In this document: piece after piece, positions 50,931 to 64,000 of the stretch
Numbering within the stretch: the stretch's first letter is position 1
Layout: the number at the start of each line of letters is the position of its first letter
Source: Lytechinus pictus
Taxonomy: Eukaryota
Reading direction: 5' to 3'
DNA length: 64,000 nucleotides
NCBI RefSeq assembly: GCF_037042905.1
Contig: NC_087262.1
Span: forward strand, 6,944,001-7,008,000
Made by a program: the position numbers and the translations under genes
Notes under the pieces: generated by a model
Told to the model about the DNA's origin: nothing
The model's input: only the letters and a program-made list of their open reading frames with translations
Database searches by the model: none

Positions 50931-52124
50931 AAGAAAGCTCAATAAGAAACGTTCTTGTTTTTTCTATGTATGGATAAAAATAATTCAGCTAATAAAAAGA
51001 TTCTTGGTGTTATTCAATGATTGGATCAAGTTTTATTCTATAGATGGATCAAAAGATTAGTGTATTGGATAAGAAAATAGCAGCAAATAAGAGGGATAGA
51101 AAGTTTAATAAGATAATGTACAGTACAGTACATGAAGATGTATATTTTAGGTGAGTTTTAAAAGAGAATTATGTTTTTTGATAAAAAAGGGAGAGTGTGA
51201 GGGATGGAGTGAAAAAATGAAAAGCATTAGTTAAAAAAATGGATGGATAATTTTGTAAACCAGAATAAAACATTATTTGAAACAAGCACCTATTAAAGGA
51301 GTAAAAGGACAAAATCATGCAAGGGCAATTTCCTGTCATAAGGAGTAACACATTCGAGAGGAGAAAGGGGGGGGGGGAGGGAGTAATCACAGCTTGCTTG
51401 TATTCAAAAGGACATTACATTCATGTAAAAGTATGTGCGCTATGCCCTTGTGACACTGAAACAAGCACATGATGAAAGTGCATTGAGTCAATTTTGGAAC
51501 CAAAGAAAGGGGAGAGAGAGCAAGAGATAAGAGCCCATATGCTCAGAGCAATAAGGTGTCAAATCCTTGTCAATGTAATTATGTGCTGTGCTGATTTAAG
51601 ACAAAATAAAACAAGCACAATCTACAGAATGGTATATATCAGTTTAACTGCGAACCCAACGGAAGTAGGGAGGGGTAAGCTAGAAAATAGTCAGAAGAAA
51701 AACTTAGAGTCAGAAGGGTGCTTAGTTTAGTTAAAGGTAGATAGGTCTTTCTTGCGTTCAGCTGAAGAGGAGAGATAGTGAGCATGAGAGGCTAGGTGCG
51801 AGTCAACATACAAGCATTGACATTTGACTGTGCTAATGTCTCAAGTGTCATGTAACAGTGCTGCCTACTAGTGCTGTGTAATGAGAGTGACTGGGAAACA
51901 TGAATGCCAGGTGCAGAGAGTACATCGCCAAGCTGTGGCCCAATGAAAGTGCATGGAGACACAATTAGCCTTTCATTATGATTAGTTCTGTGTGTATTTC
52001 ACTGTGCCTCATTAGGCCCAACAAATTAATTTTGTAAAATGAATTGTTTCTAATTTGTTCATGACATGCATTTATCAATAGCTAGTTTTGAGGCTGCATG
52101 TACAGTATTTTGGAGGGACATGTA

Positions 52125-52425
52125 CCTTGTGAGCACATCGCTATAAAGCTGTAACCCATTGAAAGTGCATGAAGAAACAAAGCGCATAAGCCCCCCCCCC
52201 CCAAACACAATGAATCAACATTGAATTGTGTATACCTGTATAATTGTTACCTTACAGGTAACATATTTCAGGAAAAATGCATAAATGCCTTGTGAGCACA
52301 TCGCTAAGCTGTAAGCCATTGAAAGTGCATAAAGAAACAAATCCCATAAGCCCCCCCAACACAATGAATAAGAATTGTACCTGTTTAATGATTACCTTAC
52401 AGGTAACATATCAGGAAAAATGCAT
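52125..52425 (+). repeat. Two-copy tandem duplication (about 160 and 140 bp)
   Basis: CCTTGTGAGCACATCGCTA…CCATTGAAAGTGCAT…TTACCTTACAGGTAACATA…CAGGAAAAATGCAT at 52125 and 52288. Confidence 0.9.
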
Positions 52426-54821
52426 GATAATATTATCCCATCTGGCGCCAGACTGATACATGAATTTAAACCCACACTTTTATTTCTATAGAGGCCATTT
52501 CGGATAAAGACACCCACTCACTTATTCAAGACCACTTACTGTGAACACTTGCCAGAATACTATGTCACTACAGTTGAGTGATTGCCCTTTTGGTGCTCAG
52601 GAGGGGGGATAATTTGCCCCCTGGTGTCTATTAGGAACATCAATGATTTCACAGATGGGGTAGGGTGTGATTTACACATTAGTTACAAGGCTCCATTGAA
52701 AGCTGGGTCCCTGTTACCTAAAGCCTCACGATTGATTATGGGGCAGCTGGGGCTAATATCTACGATTGATTGCATTGATTATTGCGTATAATCAATTGTA
52801 AGAATCTGCTCCACGATCATTTGCTAAGCTTTATGTTACTGGGAGAACTCTATTCGGATGTTCTTCAAGGCTGCATTCAGTCACCTCTGTTTTTTTCCTT
52901 CAAAACACATTTTTTTCAGAGATGTTTGGTTTATTTTTCTCCGTGTCTCATTTGCATTCAGGTATTTTTCATTGGTCGCAAAATGAATCTCTTTCAGAAT
53001 GCTAACATGAATTGCTGAGAAAGATAGATTTGGAAGATGATTATGCCATCTACTGTATGCCATTTATAAGCACTTGAAGGCTTTAGAGATCGCAATCATG
53101 ATTCTACAATGCGAGCATTTGGTCTGCTTTTGGTTGAGAAATGCATTGCACACACTCCAAGATGACCTTCATGTATACTTCCTGGGTCAAACTACACTGT
53201 GGTGCTCCTAAAAATATGAATGGGCTTGATGAAAGGAAAATGCTTACGGGTGTCCCATAGTTGTGATCCATGTTGTGCCCGTAGCTTAAGAAACTAGTCT
53301 GAACACATCCATGTCTCTTTAACACGTTTCTTCATAGACTAGTGTGATCCAGGAATTAGAGTCTTTTCACATCTACCAAAGATATCAAAATCAAACTGAT
53401 TCTTGAAAAAAAATATTTCTAATTATTTTTTTGTAAATTGTTTATTTCTTTATTATTGTCCTATGATTGATGATTACTTGAGTGAGCATTTCATATGAGG
53501 TGTCAAAGTCTTGTTATCATTTGGTGCCTGTTATTGTTACATTCTTTTTTTAGTGATCAAGATCTACTTAAATATGTTTGCAATATTTTTTTTAAAATTG
53601 AATGCGAACGACTTATTCAAACGACTCCATAATTTTAATTCATATGATTTGTAGTATTACATTTACAGAGCACGAAATGTTGAATGCCTAATGCCTACTG
53701 GTAATCACTTCCATCATTAACCATTCTTCCAGTTCGCAATACATCCTGCTATCTCCTGCTTCTTTGACTCCAAATAAAATTTAGTGAGGGCAAACAAGTG
53801 AGTGATTTAGGATGAGCCGAGTTACCTTTCCTCTGCCTTGATTTAGGGTTATAGTTTTTGATGACGTAGATAAGAACATTAAATCAATTGCCCTCAATAA
53901 AACTATCTGAAGGGATGGCTCGAGAGATTGGAGAAGTTGAACATATTGGCTTTTCGTGGATTGTTCTTGGTAGAGTGGAGTGGAAATGTATTTAATTGTG
54001 CACTGTGTTAATTCCTTTGAAAGTGATTTGAGAATACTCCAAGATACATCATTCTACTTTTTTTTGTCTAGGCTTTGGGCATAAAGGGGGGGGGGTGGGT
54101 TGCTGTTGGCAGTGACCCCCCCCCCAGCAACTGTATCTGTACATTCTTTAATCCCTGGGAATTTTCTGTATTGGGTATTGCACTTTCTCCAAAATCAGTT
54201 AACGCTGGCTTTTGTCCTATTCACCATCCAACTATTGAACCTATGCCAGTGTGTGACTATGAACAGGGAATGAGATTAAGAAAAGGAAAATGGGGGGGGG
54301 GGGGGTGACAGCCGATTCATGTCTACATCATACCTTTAGAATTCTGTATGTTCCTTCTACCTCTTCCTCGAAGAGTTATTGGGACATGTACGTAACCTGC
54401 TATTTATCTAACCTATATCCACTACATATGACATTTCGCATTTGTGTTCGCGTCTACTCCTGTGATAGGTGGATGGTTTATGTGTCGTGTTCTGGGTGGA
54501 AGAAAGTCACTAGGCCTCTGTGGAATGCATACCCGAAGGCCTTCTGCAAATGAAAATGCATTGATTTAGATGAAACATCGAGCCAGCATCCGTGTCTACA
54601 TGTAGAGTGGTGGTGCGTTGTTTGTTATCTTGTAGGCACACGTGATGGCATGGACTTGCGACCTTCTGCTTTTCAGGCGTACCCAAGGCTGGAGACTGGG
54701 AGCAATTAATGTCATGTGTAAAATACATGTGTGTATGGGAACGTCTCATCAAATTTGGATTGTGGTAGATTAAGCTGAAACATGGTGATAACAGAGATGA
54801 TGCAGTAATGTGACCAGAAGG

Positions 54822-54875
54822 ATAGAGAGAGAGAAAGAGAGAGAGAGATAGAGAGAGAGAGATAGAGAGAGAGAG
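54822..54875. repeat. (GA)n microsatellite
   Basis: Directly visible. Confidence 0.9.
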
Positions 54876-56295
54876 CATAAAGTGAGGGGAAGGGGTGGGG
54901 CAGGGATGGAGAAAATTTTTGCTTTTAATTGATAATACTGTCATGGTACTGTTAACACACTTTATAAGACATACATGTATTCAGTTTAAAAGAAGTCAAC
55001 ATAAATTTTTACTTTTATTTGATAGTACTGTTAGCACACTGAAGACGTATTTAGTTTAAAAAATCAACATTTTTGTTTTAAGCTATATTCTCATTCATTT
55101 CTTCACCGGTCATAATATTAGCATCTCTGTGGCCATACCAGAACTGAAGGAGCTGACGACTATCTGCCTCATAGGAGAAAACTTTCATCTCAGCGATCCA
55201 GCTTTCAGTCCGTAATTTTCAGCGAGTCTCCTTTCATTGCAGGAAGGCAGGATGGACAGCATCCAAAGAGCCTTGAATCTAGCAAATATTATTTCCTGTC
55301 CGTCCCCCTGCATTGTTTGAGTTTGTCCAAATCCCCAGCCAATTTCAATGAATATCTCACTACTTGGCCTTTTTGATCACTGTATTATTTACTGCTCAAT
55401 TTGATGGAGGTACAGCCTTGGGAAAGCGGCGCAGTTTGGTGGACAGTCGCAGCTTTTAGACCTTGGTTGAGATAGCTACATGTACAATAGCTGGTGTTTC
55501 ACTATTAAAGCTATTCGTAACTTACACATGACTTTTATAATGCTGATCAATGAATTTTTACAATTGATCATATGCAACAGTCATTGCTTTCCTTTGTAGA
55601 AATCCAAATTATTTATGATTTTTAGGTTTTGCATAGTATAAATATATCGTGATTATCAAAACTTACAGAAAATACCCAAGGACAAATTGTGCCGTATTGT
55701 ATTTCCTCAGATGTTTTATTCAGATTTGTATGTTACAATGAGTTTCTGTCAGGAGTTCACTTCTCTACAGCCCACAAGAGAAATTTTGGTAAAAGTAAAG
55801 TGCAATTTTGATTGGTTCCCGGTCAGTCTAGTGAGCAAATGCTTTGTACCAGTGATCTTGATGGGCTATGGTTATTCTATTTATAAAATGCAGATTTTTG
55901 TGGTGGCCCTGAGGGAGAATATCAAAACTTCAGTCAAACCTGTCTGGGAGGCCTCGTGTTTATTCACCAAAACCTGTTTTTAGTGGCCACCAAACTTGTC
56001 TCGTATTTAAAAGGGATGTGTGTTATAGATAGAACCTGTATATAAGGGCCACTTGTTTTCAGTGGCCATCTTTCTGATTCCTGTGGATGGCTTTAATCGA
56101 CAGTTTTGAATGTATTAAACTAGGTTTGATTTTTCACAAGTTTTTTTTTGATTGCGTCAAAGGTCTACGAGAGAGACTAGAACTGAGGAAGAGGGCAAAT
56201 ATCCCCGGTTTCGTTTGCCATGACGGCATACCTCCAGTATCAATCATCAAAGACACTGCTTCTCCCAATGACGTAGCTTTTGAGATGGGATGCAG

Positions 56296-56309
56296 GTTAC
56301 CATAGCAAC
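56296..56309. promoter_or_regulatory. RFX X-box-like motif GTTACCATAGCAAC
   Basis: Matches the X-box consensus GTNRCC-AT-RGYAAC in apparently non-repetitive intron. A second near-match lies at 56989-57002. Confidence 0.45.
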
Positions 56310-57353
56310 CCCTCCAGTCCTATACCCAGTAGCCCTGCATTAACCTCCTCATCGCCGATGACACCCCCATCCCCAAACCACCACCACCGTGACCAAGAGA
56401 AAGGAAATTTGCCAGAGGAAATATGAGTGGGCTGTCAGAGGCGAATCAAGCTTGTGAGGGGGAGGGTGCATCCTCATCATTGAATACTCCCCACCCCAAA
56501 CAGAATTGTAGATATGTTTTTTTGACAGAAAGTATTTATGTTTACAACATTCCTATTGAGTCAGAATTGTTTGTTTCTTAATTTTCATCTGCATTTATAA
56601 TTAATTCAAATCTTGTCAACTTTAATACATGATATGTAATTCCAAGGTATAAATTTCAATATCAAATACAGTAAAACTACTGTAGAGTAATCGTAAAAAC
56701 ATACAAATTAACTGTGTACATTAAAGCAGTTCATCCTACATTGTATAATTTGAGTTTTGTGTTCACTGTTTAAGAGCATTATCATACATGTAATTTAGAC
56801 TCTGGCTGGCCGCGGGGGATTGATCCTTCTTAGAAATCGTCCACAGCGGACATGTTACATTGACGATCTCGCAGGAAAAAAAGCAAACTGCAAACCACTT
56901 GCCCTGTTCCACGATACCAGCTTTAGAACTGTCAGGAAGATGGGAACGATCTCTTCTCCAAGTTCACGATGACGCTCGAGCCTTAATCATTGCCATGGCA
57001 ACTGGGTATATCCGAAAATGTGTTTTTTATTGTATGTGTATTGGGTATTCATTGTGAGATCCTCTCTGTAAATGAGAAGAGACGTAAAAGGGAATGGAGA
57101 AAATTCAATTGAAATGTCAAAATGCTCTTATTTAATCATGAGACAGCAATATCATGCTTGCACAAGTTGTTCGTCTAAAATGGTGTAATGAAAACATGAG
57201 ATGGTCGGAAGATGGGAAAATGAATAAGAATCAGATGCAATAACTGCATTTTATAGGTGACTCATCAAAGATTCATAATTTCCAAAGTGCTGTATTTTGT
57301 TGAGCACATGTGATATCCCTACTGTACTTCTTAACATTGGCACTTTACACATG

Positions 57354-57679
57354 CACTGCAAAAAAAACCCAGTGATGTTAAATAGTAAAACTACACCAGT
57401 GTTTACAAAGGACAACACCAAGCATTTTGTGCCAGCGTTGATTTATGGTGTAAGCTGGACACCCATTGATATTGAAACACATTCTGTTTGTTTTTATTTA
57501 ACACCAAGCATTTTTCACCAGTGTTAAAATTCATGGTGTTCAACACCCATTGGTCTTGTAAGACCACATTCTGTTTGTGATTTCCACTCTGTTTGGTGTT
57601 ACATCCAAGTGTATTTGAACACCTGAGTGAGTGGCCCTCTCAGAACACAGACTGATGCATGATCAGAGTGTTCACAGTG
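57354..57679. mobile_element. Degraded CACTG…CAGTG element, TG TSD
   Basis: TG|CACTGCAAAAA…CAGTG|TG, with internal ACACC/GGTGTT repeats. Confidence 0.6.
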
Positions 57680-59428
57680 TGTATATTTCCCAGAGGTGTA
57701 ATTTTTTCTAGCAGTTTAAGAGTACATGTATATCTTAGAGATTTATCGAGTGTCTTTTGACATTGATGGCAGCTGACCGAAAGTGGCTGTCCAGTTTTCA
57801 TTTCATCTTATTTTAAATAAGTTCATCCTTCAATCGCAATATCAAGTTGATTTAGCTCTGAACACAGAATTTCCTGTCTTCATAATGGACAATTTCTATT
57901 TTTATTTTGAATTGTAACTTATTTCAGTGGCGGATTGAGGGGGGGGGGGTGTGGGCAAGTTATGCACCTCCCTTTATATTTTAAAATCATCCATTAATAA
58001 TGATAAATCCTGGATACACCTCTGATATTCTATTGTTTTTCCGAATTTATGAGGATATTACCCAGAACTGCTTTCCACATATATATTGCCTTTCTTACAT
58101 CCAATGTAGTTAGTAGTATGCTGGTTTCTTTCATATTATTTTTTTTGCATGAATATTGAATGCTTGCATTGATAACTTGGCATTATTTAGCATTGCATGT
58201 ATTTTTACCTTTACTACTAATCTTCACACTTTTGATTATTTAGATATATTTCAATATTTGTTGTTTCATTAATCACATATCTAAACGTCACCCTTATATT
58301 AGGCATGCTTATATAATTTATATTCCATTTATTGTCTGTTTTTCTTTGTTGTAATGCTGTGACTTTTCACATAACTTGCATCTTTATAACATGAATAATA
58401 AACACTTGTTTTGATGTGATTTCAAGATCCCTTAAAAAAAACCCTCATGCTGTGTCGTGTCTACCATAATAATAACTGTAATATGTAATCCATCTCCAAA
58501 CCAGGAGATGTTACTCCAATAGATAGAGATACAAATAAGCATGTTCCCTTCTGCAGCTTTTAGCAAAGATATCCTTGGCAAAAATTGATGTGTGTTCTTT
58601 CATTTACATACAGTGTAATTTACCCAGGTGCCAAATTTTAAATCTTGAAATAATTTGGGGGATTTTTCAATCATATCCTAACACTGGCATAAATCCTTGT
58701 CACACCTTTTGTCCAGGGGAGGGGGGTGGGGATGATCTATTGTTCCATCCCCCTAGCTGAACAATATGTGTGATGCAATGATTTACTCCAGTGATATCTA
58801 TTAAAACAGGCCATGACTGCCTTAAATAACTCTTCCAAAATTCAAAAATTATTTTTCATGCTTTGATCTCATCTTGATATCAATTGAGATGTTGTATACA
58901 CTATGATGTACAACCCAGTAGAGATACATACATGTATGAACTTCATAGTTATTGATGTTTAATAAGCTGCTAAAGTGCTTTTTAGGATACATCATTAACA
59001 AGGTATGCTTCATCATTACTTTTATTACTTTATCCTATGTCAGGATAGGATGGAGACCTTTTAGTTTGAACTTTTGCATGTGAGTGTTGCAAGTATCTAG
59101 GCACCAACTCATAAAGTTGCAATTTCAAAGCATCTAAAACCTGATTTGAAAATACTTATCCAGTTTAAAATTGATGTTCTCGTATTGGTATATATATATA
59201 TTTTTCTATAAGAGATTGTGCTAATAATGGAGCGTTAAGAAATACCTCCCCCCCAAAAAAAAACATTTTCTTAAACTTAGTATTATCAAAGACTCAAATT
59301 ATTTTTTAACCCTGAAAATTCTATCAGTAAATTGTGTTTATCATTTATTCACTTTAGTTATACTTGTTTTGCTTTGAAAATAATAAGGATAGTTTGTCTA
59401 AAACTTGTCTTTGAATTTTTTTCTTCAG

Positions 59429-59522
59429 ACCAATAGAAAGATGCTTCAGTATAGCAGAGGATCATATCTTCCAGGTGGACCTTGCCTTCAATATATTCTT
59501 TCTCCTGTACTTTATTCTGAGG
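59429..59522 (+). CDS. KCNMA1: BK channel (Slo1/KCNMA1-like) exon encoding the S1-S2 loop and S2 (PIERCFSIAEDHIFQVDLAFNIFFLLYFILR)
   Basis: ttttttcttcag| acceptor, 94 nt, AGG|GTAAGT donor. Phase 2 in, phase 0 out. 18/31 identical to recalled human [31 protein letters not shown], keeping the C141, D147, Q151, D153 and R167 equivalents (mSlo1 numbering). Confidence 0.96.
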
Positions 59523-59549
59523 GTAAGTATGTTCTTTTGATCTCAATAT

Positions 59550-60216
59550 TTGATGATGGTGATAGTGGTGCTGGTGGTTGAGGTGATGATGACAATGGTG
59601 GTGATGGTATTGATGAAGATGATGGGCGGTGATCGTGGTGGTGGTGGTATTAATGAAGACGGTGATGATATGATGATGATGGCGGCGGTGGTGGTGGTAA
59701 TGATGATGGTGGTGATGATGATGATGGTGGTGATATTGATGAAGATGATGATGATGGTGGTGTTGGTATTGATGATGACGGTGATGAGATGATGATGATG
59801 GCGGTGATAGTGGTGGTGATGATGGTGGTGATATCGATGAAAATGATGATGATGGTGGTGGTGGTGGCAGTTGAGGTAATGAAAATGATGATGGTTGTGA
59901 TGNNNNNNNNNNNNNNNNNNNNNNNNNNNNNNNNNNNNNNNNNNNNNNNNNNNNNNNNNNNNNNNNNNNNNNNNNNNNNNNNNNNNNNNNNNNNNNNNNN
60001 NNNNNNNNNNNNNNNNNNNNNNNNNNNNNNNNNNNNNNCGATGATGGTTATGATGGTGGTATTGATGAAGATGACGATGATGATGATGATTGTGCTGATG
60101 GTGGTGGTGGTGGTTATGATGATGGTGCCTGATGGTGTTGGTGGTGATGGTGGTAAAAATAATGATGATAATGACAGGTGATGATTGTGGTGGTGGTGGT
60201 GATGATGATAATGATG
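59550..60216. repeat. (GAT/GGT)n compound microsatellite containing a 136-N assembly gap (59903-60038)
   Basis: Directly visible. Confidence 0.95.
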
Positions 60217-60324
60217 AAAAAAAAATGTTGGTACCGGGTAGTGATTTCATGGTATAAATAAATGATTGATAATGATTGAGAAGACAATAATTTATGGTGG
60301 TGATGATTTAGGCGATTGCATTGT

Positions 60325-61131
60325 TAGGGACAGTGATTTTCCGCGATCGCGGAAAACGGACGGAATTCATGGAAAGGGCCTTTTGAAACGGAAAGTGGCA
60401 TTTCAAACAGAAAATCACGGAAAACGTATCTTCCCTCAAAATACACAGAATAGCAACAGAAATTACTCCAAAATCACAACAAAATGAGAATATTAAATGG
60501 CCACAAAACCCCAGAAAACACGATCTCACTTCGCTACTATCATGACAATTTACACATCGTGACTGCTCTCGAAATCAGCACACTCGATTGTACCCCGGCC
60601 CCGCACCCGTACCCGGCCGGCCGGCCGGGTTGGGCTTCACATGCACACATATCGTTCAACTACACGGTCGTGTGTTGCTGCCCTCTACGTTTGAAGATGT
60701 AACAGCACGATATCATGGTCCTAAAATCCAAGATGGCGGATTGGCAAAAGCCGTTGACTGATGATAACGATGTCCAAAAACCCCCAAAATTATTGATGAA
60801 ATATCATTTCACCGTGAAATAATGCTAATAATGTGAAAGGTGAGGATGTATGCATGCTAAATGGGCTTGTAAAAATATTTTATGCACCCGTATAGATCCG
60901 ATTAGAACGGATTCTATTGTGTTGTTGGTACAGTAGCAGATACAAATTTTGAACAGTGCGAGTGTACGTGTTGTGATTTTGCTATTCAATGTGTAAACGG
61001 AATTGTCACTTTTCCGTGTGTACAAAGTCTATGGGGAAACGGAATTTCCGTTTTCTGACATGTTGAAACGGAATTTGAGATTTTCTGAAACGGAAAAGGC
61101 AATTTTTTGAAACGGAAAATCACTGTCCCTA
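60325..61131. mobile_element. hAT-like non-autonomous element of about 800 bp
   Basis: TIR TAGGGACAGTGATTTTCCG / CGGAAAATCACTGTCCCTA. CATTGT duplicated at the flanks. Subterminal ACGGAA repeats. Confidence 0.88.
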
Positions 61132-62514
61132 CATTGTTGATAATGATGACGGTATAACATGAATGAAGGTAATTGAGGAAGAATAAGAAGACAACGAAGA
61201 AGATGAAGAATTAAACAACAATGAAGAAGAGGAAGATGATGATGAAGGAGCATGATGATGCATAGGAGTAGAAAACAAAAAAATCTCTCAGATAATATGC
61301 TTTTATGTGCAATGTATTCATATTCTGTGCTCGCATATGCATTCTCTATCATGTACCTGACGTAGGCCTCTATACCAAGGGTCTGGTAACAAATAGAGAA
61401 GGTCAGTGCGAAACACCCTCCTTCATATTTACTTGAAATGGATCACTGCCGATAACATTTCCGCTAATCTCATTTACCACTCAAGAGCCGCCTTCGTTTT
61501 AGAATGAGAGAGGGAGAGCCAGAGAGGCAGAGAGAGAAAAGGAAAGAAGAGAGGCAAAGAAAAAAAGATAAAGAAGAGCAGGAAAGAGAAAGAGAGAGAG
61601 AGGGAAAGAAAGAAAGAGGAGAGAAGGAGAATGATATATACACCGTTTAATAACATGTGTGAGATAGCTAGGGATTTGTATGAGACAATGTTTCAATTTC
61701 ACAAAAGTTGCTAAAATGTGTCCGATCTATTCATTTGCAATAATCTCAGAACAGTCAAATTTTAACCCCAAAATTTATTTCCTAGCCTTAATTTTTATTG
61801 AAGTTAATAAAAAATAGCAAAAATTTCACACACTCACTTGGCAGTACCAGTATTTTATTCAGGAGACAAATGTTTTGGATTAAAAACTAATATATCAAAA
61901 TAAATCCTGAAACTGCTCACATTGGTGAGCCAGGATTTAGTTATTGGCAGTTCTAGTACAACAATGTAGTGTTCCATATTACCCCGTCCCCCTCCACCTT
62001 GCAGGGCCCTAGGAAAGATTTTGTTTACTGTGGGTGCTGAAGTAAATATGAAAAACAAAGAAAAATAGGGTTTCACTACAAAATGGAGGTCAAATTAGTC
62101 CTGAGAAATTTGAAAAGAAAAAAAAGTTTTTCACTACAATATGGAGGTCATATTGGTCCTGAGAAATTTGAAACCCCCCCAAAAAAAGGTTTTCACTATT
62201 AAATGAGGGCCATTTTGGTTACATTTTTCAATTTTTACACACCTTGGGGTGCTGCCTATGGAGAATAGCATACGTAGCACCCCCAAGGACCCCCGCTTCC
62301 CAGGGTCATGCCACCTCGTCAGAAATAGACTCCTCTAAAGCCAGGCTGTGCCTCTAACAGAGGATAATAGGAATATCCAATTGTAGGAATTAAATTCCCT
62401 GGCATTTAGAGTGCTGTGTCTCCCCATGACAGCTAAAAGGGCTCAAAAGTCATTTCTTTAGACGCAGCATTGGCGCCCTTCTGGCTGTAATACTACAGTC
62501 ACACCAGCGAAAAT

Positions 62515-62951
62515 AGGTGGTTTCAGATGGCCTGGAAGTTTGTCAGTTCCAGGTATTTTGACAGCGTGAAAGTAAATTACGCGTAATCTCCCCGACAGAA
62601 AATACCCGCTAAATAGTACATGTAGGTACTTTCCAAAAGACGAGAACTTTCTTGGGGACTTTTCCAAGGTCGTAGGTATTTTGGTAATGTGAAAGCAAAG
62701 GAACTTTTAGCCCAGTGCGTAGTTGGGCGCGGGTGCCGTGGGTGCGGCTGCTGAGCTAGCGATTTTGAATCTCTCGCCTTGCCTTCTTATCAGATCATAC
62801 TGCGCATGCTCGTAACTTTTGGAACTTATCCCGAAGGGCATTTTTAGGGCGGTGTGAATGTGGGAATGATTAATAATGGATATTGTTTAGCTTGAAAAAG
62901 TTATCATAATTTATCAGGGATTCTTGGGATTGAGGCGGTTTGAAACTCCCT
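62515..62951. mobile_element. Second copy of the 38421-38898 MITE
   Basis: Colinear homology (CATACTGCGCATGCTCGTAACTT…GGAACTTATCCCGAAGGG). Confidence 0.9.
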
Positions 62952-64000
62952 ATTGACTGTAGACCGACAAAAAAGGCTATTGCGTCATTACCAATGATAG
63001 ACCATTGGTCCGGTTGGAGTCAGTTTTATCGGTGTGACTGTTACCATTATTGCCTGAATTCATCTCCTGAAAGCAAAAAGGGCTTTAATAAAGTCATATT
63101 CATTAGCACTCATATACCTCTCTAGCTAAAAGATAGTGCCATCCAAAGAGCAAAAAAGATCTTTGAGTCTTATCATATTGAAGTTAGTCCGTGCATAGTC
63201 TGGATCCAAGAGACAATCAATTTTCTTGAGAGCTAGAAGGGCTTTAAGACCTATCTGATGATACAGTCTAGAGTTATTACTTGGCTGTATCACTTTGTCT
63301 ATTCAGAGTTAAATGACACTACGTCAACTATCATTTTACTTTACTTGGGACCTACTTGCTATATGGGGACAATCACATCCCTTAGAGCTAGAAGGGTTTT
63401 ATTATTCAACTCAGATTCAATGTCCTGCTGGCTCTAAAGGAAATACCATTCTGAGAATCATTAAAGTTGCAGGAAGAGCTTTCTTTAAAGGCCAACTCTG
63501 TCTATATGCCAAATTCAATCGTTAAAGTGAAAATTAAAACGCATCAAACAGTAAAATAATAAAAGAAGAACCAGGAGAAAACAAACTATAGCACTTGTTT
63601 GCATTATTTTGCTTTACTTGCAAAAGAGTGAGCTGTGATATTACAATAGATATTTCTTGTATTATATGAAATCTACTTGTGTAAATTTAAAAAATAATTT
63701 TTGTGCACATGTACTCTAATTTTTACGGTGTCACTTGGCTCATAATTGCAATAACAGCGAGTCAACTCTATTCCGGTTACAATTCAGAACCTTCGGAATA
63801 AATGCCAGAAATGTTTGGATTAACACACCCTTTTTCACTTTGGTCTGAAGAACATATTTAATCTGTAATGAACCTTCAGAAAAAAAATCTATACCCATAA
63901 AGACATTCATTTTCCATGCTGTATATGTACATATAGGACAATAAGGTCCTTCTGGCTGTTGAGAGTTGAGACATAGTACCTGGGCATTATCCTTAGAGTG

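Larger units (their letters stand above)
15224..59428 (+). other. About 44.2 kb GT-AG intron between S1 exon B and the S2 exon
   Basis: Bounded by GTAAGT and ttcttcag. No Slo1-like coding sequence recognised in between. Confidence 0.8.

Noticed and set aside
59358-59546. 62-aa minus-strand ORF
   Set aside because: Antisense shadow of the real + strand Slo1 S2 exon.
59543-60250. 235-aa poly-His ORF
   Set aside because: (CAT/CAC)n microsatellite spanning an N gap.
1-64000. Further Slo1 exons (S0-S1 loop exon, S3 exon), a third S1 copy, or CRISPR/prokaryotic systems
   Set aside because: None found by eye. Flanking exons probably lie outside the window. A tBLASTn/HMM scan is needed to exclude a divergent third copy. 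No regularly spaced repeat-spacer arrays.

Overview
AT-rich eukaryotic (metazoan) genomic DNA. The repeat spectrum looks like that of a sea urchin, but this is an inference. None of the supplied ORFs is a credible gene. The whole window appears to lie inside a large + strand gene for the Ca2+- and voltage-activated BK channel (Slo1/KCNMA1-like). It contains a 94-nt exon (59429-59522) encoding the S1-S2 loop and S2, PIERCFSIAEDHIFQVDLAFNIFFLLYFILR. Upstream of it are TWO paralogous 62-nt exons (12641-12702 and 15162-15223), each encoding the whole S1 helix in the same phase. This is the signature of a mutually exclusive exon pair in the voltage-sensor domain: joining both creates an immediate stop and skipping both shifts the frame. 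The second copy is flanked by dense YCAY clusters and a 15-bp long-range intronic stem. The rest is intron (one of about 44 kb) filled with MITEs and other non-autonomous DNA transposons, tRNA-derived SINEs, microsatellites, apparent transposon excision footprints and a 136-nt assembly gap. Vertebrate Slo1 comparisons are from memory and were not checked by a database search.
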